Shown: piece after piece, positions 9,023-17,934 of the stretch | Numbering within the stretch: position 1 is the first letter of the stretch | How the letters are laid out: every line of letters starts with the position of its first letter | Assembly (NCBI GenBank): GCA_965222605.1 | Contig: OZ244960.1 | Span: forward strand, 1,984,001 to 2,048,000 | Length of the DNA: 64,000 bases | Source: Candidatus Latescibacterota bacterium | GTDB taxonomy: Bacteria > Latescibacterota > UBA2968 | Reading direction: 5' to 3' | Notes under the pieces: generated by a model | Databases searched by the model: none | Seen by the model: the letters and a program-made list of their open reading frames with translations, nothing else | Told to the model about the DNA's origin: nothing | Translations under genes and position numbers: made by a program

Positions 9023-12000
9023 ATGAAGCGAATGTGTTTGTTGAGTATGTTTGTCCTTTGCCTGGTATCTCAAGCTTTTGCAGGTACCACGGGAAGGGTT
9101 GTCGGCGTAATAAAAGACGCCACGGGAGAGGTATTACCCGGCGCAAACATCGTCGTAATAGGCACCCGCTTGGGCGCGACCACAGACGCCGATGGTAACT
9201 ATTTTATCCTCAATGTCCCACCCGGCCTGCTGGAAGTGCAGGCGTCAATGGTGGGATATACAAAGGTCACGCAGACCGAAGTTCGCGTAAAAATTGATCA
9301 AACCACAAAACTCAATTTTACATTGACCGAAGAAACCCTCGAAGCTGCCGAAATATTGGTAGTGGCCGAGCGTCCCCCCGTAGAACTGGACCTCACGGCG
9401 AGCAAGCAGACAATGACGACGATGGACCTGGCATTGAGCTGGGCCAATTCCGTGGAAGAGGCTGTGGAAACCCAGTCTGGCGTAGGGGTTCGGGGAAGTA
9501 TCCGGGGCGGATACGGCTTCACCGCCGCCTATATCATAGATGGGGTGGATGTGCGGGACAGCAACACCCAGTCCAGTTTTGTAGTAACCAATACCTCAGC
9601 CATCCAGGAGATGGAAGTGCTCTCGGGGGGATACAATGCGGAATATGGCCAGGCCAACGATGCGATCATCAACATCGTAACGCGGTCGGCACGAGACCGC
9701 TGGCACTGGAATGCAAAGACGCGCATGCGCCCGCGCGGCAAGTACCATTGGGGCCGCAATATTTACAGCGAGGAAAATGTTGAAAACCAGGTGATCACCA
9801 AAGAGTTTTTCGACAACAACGATATGGGTGCTTCCTGGAATAACTACTGGACAGAACAGGGCCAAAATCCTACACCTGAGTTCAACTGGCAAAAGTACCA
9901 GGAATTCACCACGCCACCGGAAGACATGGGCAATTACGCCGATCTGGACCAGTGGGAGTGGGAAGGTGCTACGTTCGGTCCCATCTCCTCCAATATGGAT
10001 CTGTTGTTAAGCGGCAAGTATTTGCGAGGTGTAACCAAGTGGCCGAGCGTTTTCAAATACAGCCCCGAATGGAGCGTGCTTGCCAAATTGAATTACAACC
10101 TGACCCAGAATACCAGAATCACGGCGTCGTTCAATCACCAGGGCACCGATAACAGCGGTCAGCCCAGGTTGACTTATATGTCGTCCGACGATATGGGCGG
10201 TTCGATGGGGAATCTTCCGTCGGGAGGGATACGAACGCCTTTTCAGAGAGAGAAATGGAATTCGAATGGCAACTCCGTAATTACCGGCAATAACTCGCGC
10301 GTGCCTCCTCCTCAGTATATCCGGACGAATGCGGCAATGTTAAAACTGACGCACGTTTTCAGCCCGCGCACATTTGTGGATTTCCGCATTCAGCACTACC
10401 GAATGGATTACGACGCGCATTACGAGAATCTGGATACGAATCCCGTCTTATTCCAGGATCAACTTGATCGAACCCCGGTGTTTTTGGAACCGACGTGGTT
10501 TCCCAGCAGTCCGGTCAGCACTGGCGGACGGCAATGGCAATGGCCGAGAGATAACGCCAAATTGTTCGCCAATACCTCGCGAACATCGATCAAGTTCGAT
10601 CTGACCAGCCAGGTCAATGAACACAATCTGGTCAAGGCGGGCCTATCATTCGAGCCGCAGTATATCGATACCTGGTACGGTGGGCAGTTTGGATCGGCTT
10701 CGCAACCGTTTAACAAAGTGCCAAACCGGGATTATAGCCCGTGGGATTTCACCGCTTATGTACAGGATCAAATTGAAGCCGAAGGCATGATCGTAAATCT
10801 CGGATTGCGTCTGGACATGTTCAACGCCAACCGGAAGGTAAATTACACCCTGTGGGATCCCTACGCGCTGTCGAGCATCACCGATGGAAATATCGCGGGT
10901 GGGATTCTGTCCTTCGACCCGGAGGGTCCCCATGCCGTTGACACGCCGCTTCAGGTCGCGCTCTCACCACGCGTGGGCATCGCGCATCCCATTACCGCGA
11001 GCACTGTATTGCACTTTATGTACGGGCATTTCAATCAGCGTCCGCCCTGGGTAAAAATTGCCGGAAATAAAGCTATCTGGAACCGCGGGGCACCCTCTGA
11101 TCCGAGCGTTCAACTGCCGCCCAACTACGATGCAAATCCCAACGAGGATTACAACTATATCCACTGGTGGGGCACAGGCGGCAATCCGGAGATCGGATTC
11201 GAAAAGATGATCCAGTATGAGGTTGGATTTGATCAGGACATTGCCGGCACACTTGGGTTGGACGTAACCATGTATTACAAAGATGCCAAGGATCTGACAA
11301 GGCGAGGTTTCCGGCAGGGACGGGAGGAAGAAACCGGCAACAGCTCAACGCTTCAGCTCAATTTGTTTATGGATCCCAACAATCCACAGAAGCAAACGCC
11401 TCAGAGTGGGTTTACCAACCGGGGCGCGTGGTCTATGCAAGGTGCGCGCCTCGATGCCCGCGGCCTGGAATTTGAATTGAGCACCAAACGCTGGCCCCAT
11501 GCACAATTCCAGATCAAGTACGACCTATCCTATTCCAGCACGGGCGCTTATGGTCCCATAAGCCTCTATATTCCCATACCACAACCAGATGGTTCGATTA
11601 AGCAACTCGGACGAGATAGATATCAAGGGTCCGGTGAGAACAATCTCGAATTGTGGAATCCACACAATACCTTAAAGTTCAATGCATTGCTCAGCACGCC
11701 CAGCAACTTTGGCCCGGTGATGGGTAACTGGTTCTTGAATATGCACTACACCTACGCTTCGGCGCAGCGATACACCTATCACCCGCACGAAGATACGAGC
11801 ACCGAGCCGCTGAACCGGTCGTGGGAGCCTTATCACCGCACCAATGCGCGCCTCTCCAAGCGTTTCGAACTGGTGGGTGGAATGAAAGGCGAATTCGCAC
11901 TGGATGTACACAATGTCTTCAACAACAAAATCTTGAAACTGTTCGGCGGACAGGATTTGTTCAACTACATTGAAAAAAGCGAAATGCCCGTGGTAAAAGC

Positions 12001-12118
12001 CTCCTATCTGACGCCAGATGGTGCTTCATCCGAATGGGTAGAGCCGAATCAGTGGACGATTTACCGCCCGGATCTGAACCCGAGAGAGTTGTTCTTCTCG
12101 CTGTCGATTGATTATTAG
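9023..12118 (+). CDS. TonB-dependent receptor with N-terminal carboxypeptidase-regulatory-like domain (cassette 1)
   Basis: Signal peptide, AGTTGRVVGVIKDATGEVLPGANI, plug motif SGGYNAEYGQA, GLRLD, LSPRVGIAHPIT, C-terminal aromatic residue (SIDY). Confidence 0.93.
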   Translation: MKRMCLLSMFVLCLVSQAFAGTTGRVVGVIKDATGEVLPGANIVVIGTRLGATTDADGNYFILNVPPGLLEVQASMVGYTKVTQTEVRVKIDQTTKLNFTLTEETLEAAEILVVAERPPVELDLTASKQTMTTMDLALSWANSVEEAVETQSGVGVRGSIRGGYGFTAAYIIDGVDVRDSNTQSSFVVTNTSAIQEMEVLSGGYNAEYGQANDAIINIVTRSARDRWHWNAKTRMRPRGKYHWGRNIYSEENVENQVITKEFFDNNDMGASWNNYWTEQGQNPTPEFNWQKYQEFTTPPEDMGNYADLDQWEWEGATFGPISSNMDLLLSGKYLRGVTKWPSVFKYSPEWSVLAKLNYNLTQNTRITASFNHQGTDNSGQPRLTYMSSDDMGGSMGNLPSGGIRTPFQREKWNSNGNSVITGNNSRVPPPQYIRTNAAMLKLTHVFSPRTFVDFRIQHYRMDYDAHYENLDTNPVLFQDQLDRTPVFLEPTWFPSSPVSTGGRQWQWPRDNAKLFANTSRTSIKFDLTSQVNEHNLVKAGLSFEPQYIDTWYGGQFGSASQPFNKVPNRDYSPWDFTAYVQDQIEAEGMIVNLGLRLDMFNANRKVNYTLWDPYALSSITDGNIAGGILSFDPEGPHAVDTPLQVALSPRVGIAHPITASTVLHFMYGHFNQRPPWVKIAGNKAIWNRGAPSDPSVQLPPNYDANPNEDYNYIHWWGTGGNPEIGFEKMIQYEVGFDQDIAGTLGLDVTMYYKDAKDLTRRGFRQGREEETGNSSTLQLNLFMDPNNPQKQTPQSGFTNRGAWSMQGARLDARGLEFELSTKRWPHAQFQIKYDLSYSSTGAYGPISLYIPIPQPDGSIKQLGRDRYQGSGENNLELWNPHNTLKFNALLSTPSNFGPVMGNWFLNMHYTYASAQRYTYHPHEDTSTEPLNRSWEPYHRTNARLSKRFELVGGMKGEFALDVHNVFNNKILKLFGGQDLFNYIEKSEMPVVKASYLTPDGASSEWVEPNQWTIYRPDLNPRELFFSLSIDY

Positions 12119-12125
12119 CCGAACA

Positions 12126-12158
12126 ACCGGATGTCGTCGCTAATGCGCGACATCCGGT
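12126..12158 (+). promoter_or_regulatory. Intercistronic stem-loop between TBDR1 and cargo gene (partial terminator or mRNA stabiliser)
   Basis: ACCGGATGTCG...CGACATCCGGT inverted repeat. Confidence 0.55.
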
Positions 12159-12199
12159 CTTAGAATTTCCAATATTTTCAAATAACAAAGGAGTTTCTG

Positions 12200-14269
12200 A
12201 TGAAAGCAATACGCAGGCTTCTCCCACTCTGGGTGATGTGCCTCGTGCTGATGTTACCGGAGGTTGTAAATGCTCAGGTACCCGAAAGCCAACTCGTGGG
12301 CAACAACCCAATCGAGTTTACCGCCGGAAGATTGTGGTGGGGCACGAGTACCGCGGCGAATTACGCAGAGACGGCGATTCCCAACGTCATTTCGTATCCC
12401 GGCTATTACCAGGCCACCGACCACATAGATATGATTGCGCCCTGGATATGGATCAACAATCAGGGGCGGCGGGTCAAGCTCAACTTAACAGAACGAAGCA
12501 TTGTGTCTTTTGGCGGTGCTGTACAGCCCATGGTCAACAATTACAATTACAATTTTGTGGGACCAGGCGGCACCAACGAGGCCGAGCAATGGGGCGAAGG
12601 AATCTTCCAGACGTTCAAAATGGATCCAGCCAGCCCTGCCGATGCAATGGGGGCAATGCAGATCACCACCAAGACAATGGTATGGAGCGTCCCCAGGTAC
12701 GATGACTTTGTTATCCACAAAATCAAGATCAAACATGTGGATGACGTACCCTTTGAAGATTTCTACATGTGTTTTCCCGCTCAGGTGCAATACAACAACG
12801 GTCAGCTTGTAAACAACGCCTTCAAGTTCAAGAACGACATGCAATTCGACTGGGATCCCGAACGGAAAATTTTCATATTCTACGACGATGTACAGTGGCC
12901 CACCACGGAAAGCTCGCCCATTTCGTTTGGCATATTCGAGCCGCCGGGAGACGTGACCGGCGATGGTGGCGATCCGGGCAATATCACCGAGTCGGGATCT
13001 CTGGATCGCAGGCTTTACGAACCAGAAGCCAGGGCGTGGGGCATTCTAAATCTGACTTACAACGGTCAGCCCGAAGAACCCCATTACAATATCCTGGCTG
13101 CGGCTGAATCCGGAACAAGGACAGGCAACTTCGCAGGGAGGATGAGCGATGCTCGCGTACCAGCACGCGAATCCGGGCGTCTGTGGTCTGGGCAAGCCTG
13201 GGAACAGGATTTGCTGGCATTTTCACACGATCAGGAGCGGGCGAATTGGATTGACCTCTGGAACGACCCATCTCGCCCCAAAGACGGATCGGCGGATGGC
13301 AATCTCTTCGAGCGATCCCCCATGTTGTATTCCTACATTGGCCCCTACACTTTTCAGCCCGGCGATGAAATTGAACTGATCATCCTCTATTGTTTTGGCG
13401 AGATGGACCGCAATGTTTCGCAACGCGGCGGATTGCAAGCTGTACAACGATATCAGGCAGAAGGTATTGCCGCGTTGAAGCAAAACTGGGATTCTGCCCT
13501 GGAACTGATCGCCAATAACTACAAGTTGCCCGCCAATCAGTATCCGCCTCCAATCGTGGGTTCGCAGCCATTTGTTGATGACGGATTTCCTAAGCTGGAG
13601 GCTGAAGCATTTGCCGACGCCAGTACCGGGTCGCAGGGCTTTGACTTGACCTGGCAGGCCGTGCCGGACAATTACCAGGATCCGGGCACAGGTGAAAATG
13701 ACTTTGCCGGATATCGGATTTACCGGTCAGAGATTCACATCACTGGTCCCTGGGAACAGCTTGCGGAGATTTCCGCTGCGGAAGCCGCAGCTTATAAGCA
13801 GGGCGATAAGATCGTTTTTCGAGCCGAGACAGATCCCGGTATCCCCTTCCGCTTTGCGGTGACCTCCTACGATACCCGCGGACTGGAAAGCGGCATAACG
13901 GCCTATACGTTTTTCGCTACGGAAGCCCCCAAGGCACCTTCAGATGATATGACCCAGATCCGCGTGGTACCCAACCCATTCCGCCAGCGAAGCGGGTTGC
14001 TGGATGCATCTCAGAACAACCGCCTCGCCTTTGTGAATATTCCGGCCAAATGCACCATCCGGATTTATACATTGGCGGGCGATCTGATAAAAATTATTGA
14101 ACACGACGGTTTTGGCGAAACCACCTGGGGCAGCCAGGCCAATGGCAATTATTTGCAGACGGACTTTTCTGAAAGCCCGGCCGCTGGTCTTTACATCTAT
14201 CAAGTAACCTCTCACGTACCGGGACAAGAAGGCCAGTCTCACGTTGGGAAATTCATGATCATTCGATAA
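12200..14269 (+). CDS. Secreted protein with Fn3-like region and T9SS-type C-terminal sorting domain (cassette 1 cargo)
   Basis: Signal peptide; FAGYRIYRS...FAVTSYD Fn3-like segment; C-terminus IRVVPNPF...TIRIYTLAGDLIK...AGLYIYQV...GKFMIIR. Confidence 0.8.
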   Translation: MKAIRRLLPLWVMCLVLMLPEVVNAQVPESQLVGNNPIEFTAGRLWWGTSTAANYAETAIPNVISYPGYYQATDHIDMIAPWIWINNQGRRVKLNLTERSIVSFGGAVQPMVNNYNYNFVGPGGTNEAEQWGEGIFQTFKMDPASPADAMGAMQITTKTMVWSVPRYDDFVIHKIKIKHVDDVPFEDFYMCFPAQVQYNNGQLVNNAFKFKNDMQFDWDPERKIFIFYDDVQWPTTESSPISFGIFEPPGDVTGDGGDPGNITESGSLDRRLYEPEARAWGILNLTYNGQPEEPHYNILAAAESGTRTGNFAGRMSDARVPARESGRLWSGQAWEQDLLAFSHDQERANWIDLWNDPSRPKDGSADGNLFERSPMLYSYIGPYTFQPGDEIELIILYCFGEMDRNVSQRGGLQAVQRYQAEGIAALKQNWDSALELIANNYKLPANQYPPPIVGSQPFVDDGFPKLEAEAFADASTGSQGFDLTWQAVPDNYQDPGTGENDFAGYRIYRSEIHITGPWEQLAEISAAEAAAYKQGDKIVFRAETDPGIPFRFAVTSYDTRGLESGITAYTFFATEAPKAPSDDMTQIRVVPNPFRQRSGLLDASQNNRLAFVNIPAKCTIRIYTLAGDLIKIIEHDGFGETTWGSQANGNYLQTDFSESPAAGLYIYQVTSHVPGQEGQSHVGKFMIIR

Positions 14270-14281
14270 GCGGAGGCTATA

Positions 14282-15355
14282 ATGAAACGTTGTACATTTA
14301 AATGGACAATAATCCCAATCCTTTTGCTCGTGCTGGGATTTGCAAGCGACGGGTTCGCGCAGCGACGATTCGAAGCAGAAGTGGGATCGGGTGTTGCGCC
14401 CCTGCCCTATAGCCGCGTGGGACGGTCGGGCTGGCAATTTGCCAAATTGCCCACCTCGGCGCGCATGGCGAGTCTGGGCGGTATTGCAACGGTGTTGGGC
14501 AAAGCAGATGCCAACGGCGCATTGACCAATCCCGCCGCGATCTCAGACGTAACAAACATCAGCCTTTCGGGCAGCAGCATGAACTGGATTGCCGACATCA
14601 CCTATTATTCTGGTGCTGTGGTCAAAAATTTTGACCAGTGGGGTGTTTTCGGTCTCAGCATCAGTTCCCTCGATTACGGGGAGATGGTACGCACGGAAAA
14701 CCAGGAACTATTTGGTCCCGGTGGAGAAACCCTGGGCCGCACACAGCCTGTTATAGAAGGATTGGGCACGTTTTCAGGTGGTGACCTCGCCGTGGGCATC
14801 AATTACGCCCGGCGCATCACAGACCGCTTGCAGGTGGGCGGCACGGTGAAGTACTTTCAGGAAAACTTAGACAATGCCACCACCGGCAACTGGGCCGTGG
14901 ATATCGGCACGTACTATCACACCGGAATCAAAAGCTTGAGGCTTGCAATGCTCGGGCAGAATTTTGGCCCCGATACCCAGTTCACCAAATACGACGAACA
15001 GATTCAAATTCCGCCATCGCAAGTGCGAATGCCCATGGTATTCAAACTCGGTGCGGCGATTGATCTGATCGAACAATCAGAGGATCAGCCCCATCTCCTC
15101 ACGGTGGCAACCGAGTTTACGCATCCCAATGACGGCGACGAAAAAATGCACGTCGGTGCCGAATACGGATTGCGAAACATGGCCTATATTCGCGGCGGGT
15201 ACCGATTCAATTACGACGAAGAGGGCCTGACCGCCGGTGGAGGCCTTAATCTGAAACGCGATCAATACGGTATCAGCGTGGATTACGCCTATATCGAATT
15301 TGGCCGTCTGGGTTCAGTGCATGTCGTGACGGTCGGATTTGAATTCGGACAGTAA
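14282..15355 (+). CDS. PorV/PorQ-family outer-membrane beta-barrel (cassette 1)
   Basis: QFAKLPTSARMASLG...NPAAI, LAVGINYARRITDRLQVGGTVKY, VDIGTYYHTG, HVGAEY, YIRGGY and VDYAY motifs. Confidence 0.88.
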   Translation: MKRCTFKWTIIPILLLVLGFASDGFAQRRFEAEVGSGVAPLPYSRVGRSGWQFAKLPTSARMASLGGIATVLGKADANGALTNPAAISDVTNISLSGSSMNWIADITYYSGAVVKNFDQWGVFGLSISSLDYGEMVRTENQELFGPGGETLGRTQPVIEGLGTFSGGDLAVGINYARRITDRLQVGGTVKYFQENLDNATTGNWAVDIGTYYHTGIKSLRLAMLGQNFGPDTQFTKYDEQIQIPPSQVRMPMVFKLGAAIDLIEQSEDQPHLLTVATEFTHPNDGDEKMHVGAEYGLRNMAYIRGGYRFNYDEEGLTAGGGLNLKRDQYGISVDYAYIEFGRLGSVHVVTVGFEFGQ

Positions 15356-15380
15356 GACCGCGTTTGCATCCGTCGTAAAC

Positions 15381-15424
15381 AGGGCGCCTGACGGAGTACA
15401 CTCATCCGTCGGCGCCTTAATTTT
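15381..15424 (+). terminator. Terminator-like hairpin after cassette 1
   Basis: AGGGCGCC-T-GACGGA-loop-TCCGTC-GGCGCCTT; paralogous to the hairpin at 28885. Confidence 0.65.
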
Positions 15425-15439
15425 GTACTACAAAAACTC

Positions 15440-15467
15440 TTGACAGGAGGGATTGAGGAAATATATT
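15440..15467 (+). promoter_or_regulatory. Putative sigma70 promoter for the sulfatase / cassette 2 operon
   Basis: TTGACA-N16-TATATT. Confidence 0.5.
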
Positions 15468-15536
15468 GTCGAAAGTATTAAAATTTATTTATATCATAGA
15501 TTAGTGGTCTTGGAAAAAAGGGCTTATCTGATAGAT

Positions 15537-15612
15537 TGGATCGCAGCTAAAATCATGCTGCGATAATAACCAAAACCTTCTGGATCGCGGCTTAAAACCA
15601 TGCCGCGATGAC
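15537..15612. repeat. Two copies of the TGGATC..GATGAC REP-like palindrome
   Basis: TGGATCGCAGCTAAAATCATGCTGCGAT and CTGGATCGCGGCTTAAAACCATGCCGCGATGAC; same family as 4763-4794. Confidence 0.7.
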
Positions 15613-15633
15613 GGCGCTTTTGATAAGTTTGAT

Positions 15634-15697
15634 TGATGTGTAAGATTAATACATTGATGACGGCTCTGTTAATAGTGATGTGTAAGATTAATACATT
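15634..15697. promoter_or_regulatory. Paired 22-bp direct repeats, putative operator sites
   Basis: TGATGTGTAAGATTAATACATT at 15634-15655 and 15676-15697; core ATGT-N11-ACAT dyad; 42-bp period. Confidence 0.65.
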
Positions 15698-15821
15698 TCT
15701 CATTCAGCTTTGAAAGACCATTCGGAAAGGAGAAAGCCTTTTTGATGAGACAGCCGCGCTACTTAAAGAATGTAAGCGCGGTTTTTTTATTTGAAAATCA
15801 CTTTGTTTGCGAGAAACACCG

Positions 15822-17126
15822 ATGAGTCAAAAACCAAATATACTGATCATCACGAATCACGATTCGGGTCGCCACTTCGGGTGTTACGGGGTAGAAACCG
15901 TGCATACCCCGGCGATTGATGCACTGGCCGCTGACGGGCTGAAATTTGAAAACTATTTTGCAACCGTACCGCTTTGCAGCCCGAGCCGCGGGGCAATGCT
16001 CACTGGTCGCTATCCGCAAAGCACCGGGCTGATGGGATTGACGCACGCGCCCTGGCACTGGGCCCTCAACGAGGGAGAACAGCACCTATCGCACATTCTT
16101 CGCGACGCGGGTTACCACACCGCGCTATTTGGGTTGCAGCACGAAGCCGCCGATGTGCAAACACTGGGCTTTGAGGCATTACACGCCCAGCACCGGGATG
16201 AAGGCGGGCGGTGTACAGCCGATGAAGTTGCACGGGCGACAGCCGAATTTCTAAAAGGAGAAGTTCGCGCGCCTTTTTACGCACAGGTGGGATTCTTTGA
16301 AACACATCGCCCCTTTGACTTCGGAGACGTGACACCCGACGACAGCAAAGGGGTTTTTGTACCGCCCTTCCTGGCCGAAAACGAGACGGTAGTCGCGGAT
16401 CTCGCACATTATCAAGGCGCACTCCGAAAAGCGGACGAAGCAGTGGGAATTATTGCAGAGGGACTTGCCGAAAGTGGCCTTGCAGACAATACCATTATCG
16501 TCTTTACCGTAGATCACGGCATCCCCTATCCCCGGGCAAAAGGCCATGTGTACGATCCGGGATTGTCGATTCCCTTAATCGTGCGATGGCCCAACGGTGG
16601 GATTCAAGGCGGTAAAACATGCGACTGGCTCTTGAGCAATGTGGATTTTCTGCCCACCCTGCTGGACCTGATCGGAGTGCCAATACCCGAAAACGTGCAG
16701 GGCGTGTGTTTTTCCGGTGCTCTCGGAAAAGGCGAAGCCGAGCCGCCGCGAGATGCCATCTTCGGATTTATGCAATCGGGCGAATTGCGCTGCATTCGCA
16801 CAAAACACCACAAGTTGATCCGCAATTTTGAACCCCGCAGGCTATTTGCCACGCCTGTAGATGTATCGGTTTCGGTATCTTCCCGGTGGCCGAACACGGC
16901 ATACCTCGTAACATCGGAAGAATGCCCGGCAGTGCAACTGTTCGATTTGCAAAAAGACCCGAATGAGTTTCACAACGTGGCAGAAGATCCGAATTACGCA
17001 GATGTGCGCGCCGAACTGGACGGACGGTTGTGGGCCTGGCTGGAAGAGGTCGGCGACCCAATCCTGAAAGGCTCGGTGCCCACGCCGTATTACCGCCGAC
17101 TGATGGCCGAAGCCGGACGCGGGTAA
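15822..17126 (+). CDS. Sulfatase (formylglycine-dependent, Cys-type), no signal peptide
   Basis: KPNILIITNHD, TPAIDALA, CSPSRGAMLTGRYP, DHGIPYPRAK and LFDLQKDPNEFHN motifs. Confidence 0.95.
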   Translation: MSQKPNILIITNHDSGRHFGCYGVETVHTPAIDALAADGLKFENYFATVPLCSPSRGAMLTGRYPQSTGLMGLTHAPWHWALNEGEQHLSHILRDAGYHTALFGLQHEAADVQTLGFEALHAQHRDEGGRCTADEVARATAEFLKGEVRAPFYAQVGFFETHRPFDFGDVTPDDSKGVFVPPFLAENETVVADLAHYQGALRKADEAVGIIAEGLAESGLADNTIIVFTVDHGIPYPRAKGHVYDPGLSIPLIVRWPNGGIQGGKTCDWLLSNVDFLPTLLDLIGVPIPENVQGVCFSGALGKGEAEPPRDAIFGFMQSGELRCIRTKHHKLIRNFEPRRLFATPVDVSVSVSSRWPNTAYLVTSEECPAVQLFDLQKDPNEFHNVAEDPNYADVRAELDGRLWAWLEEVGDPILKGSVPTPYYRRLMAEAGRG

Positions 17127-17226
17127 TTTTTTTGAGAGGAGGTGGAAACCGGAACTGAGAAAGATGTCGCGTTTTACAAGCATTCGCAGTTGGAAAACAG
17201 TCTCTGAGACTGAAAGGAGGTTCTGA

Positions 17227-17922
17227 ATGAAAAAAATGGCAGTTGTTATAACCTGTGTGGGGTGCTGTCTGGGATCGTGGCAGACAGCAGACGCTCAGGA
17301 AACAGGACAGTGGGGTGTGGGGGCCTTTGTCGATTATGCCAGACCGACACTGGGGCTGGCCGATAGGTGGGCCGGCGTGCCCAAAGGCGGGATAACGCTG
17401 ACCTACACAGCCAACCCGAAGATCTCGGTAGAAGTGGAATATCACTATTCCCTGTTCGGCGATGGGTCCCTGGAGACGACGCCATTTACCTGGGCGGTAG
17501 ATAAGCGGGATTATGTAAGCCCAAGTGCGGTACACGAGATGCGGATTAACAGTTTTTTGTTAAACACCCTCATCCACTTTCAGGAACGCAGCCGCAATAC
17601 GGGCTTTTCGTCCTATTTCGCGATAGGTACCGGGCTTTACGCTTACCGCACGAAAGTTCAGAACCTGATCTTTCCCGGTCAAGCCGTGGAGCCGCTAAAC
17701 CAGTCGCTACACCTGCCCGATCAGACCGATGTTCGCACGGCACTGGGTGTAAATGTGGGCCTGGGCGGAAGTTTGCCCGTCGGCACACAACTCGCCCTGG
17801 ATGTGCGGACGCGCTATAACGTAATTTTCGGTTACCTGAGGCCGCATCTGGCCTGGGGAATTGCTCAGACCTCGTTCTTTCAAATGCTGGATCTGGGCGT
17901 GGGTCTGAAATACTACTTTTAA
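17227..17922 (+). CDS. Small outer-membrane beta-barrel protein
   Basis: Signal peptide, amphipathic strands (SYFAIGTGLY, LGVNVGLGG, DVRTRYN), C-terminal GLKYYF. Confidence 0.8.
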   Translation: MKKMAVVITCVGCCLGSWQTADAQETGQWGVGAFVDYARPTLGLADRWAGVPKGGITLTYTANPKISVEVEYHYSLFGDGSLETTPFTWAVDKRDYVSPSAVHEMRINSFLLNTLIHFQERSRNTGFSSYFAIGTGLYAYRTKVQNLIFPGQAVEPLNQSLHLPDQTDVRTALGVNVGLGGSLPVGTQLALDVRTRYNVIFGYLRPHLAWGIAQTSFFQMLDLGVGLKYYF

Positions 17923-17934
17923 GAGGAGGTTGCA

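Noticed and set aside
15634-15697. Mini CRISPR array
   Set aside because: Only two 22-bp repeats with a 20-nt spacer and no cas genes; an operator pair fits better
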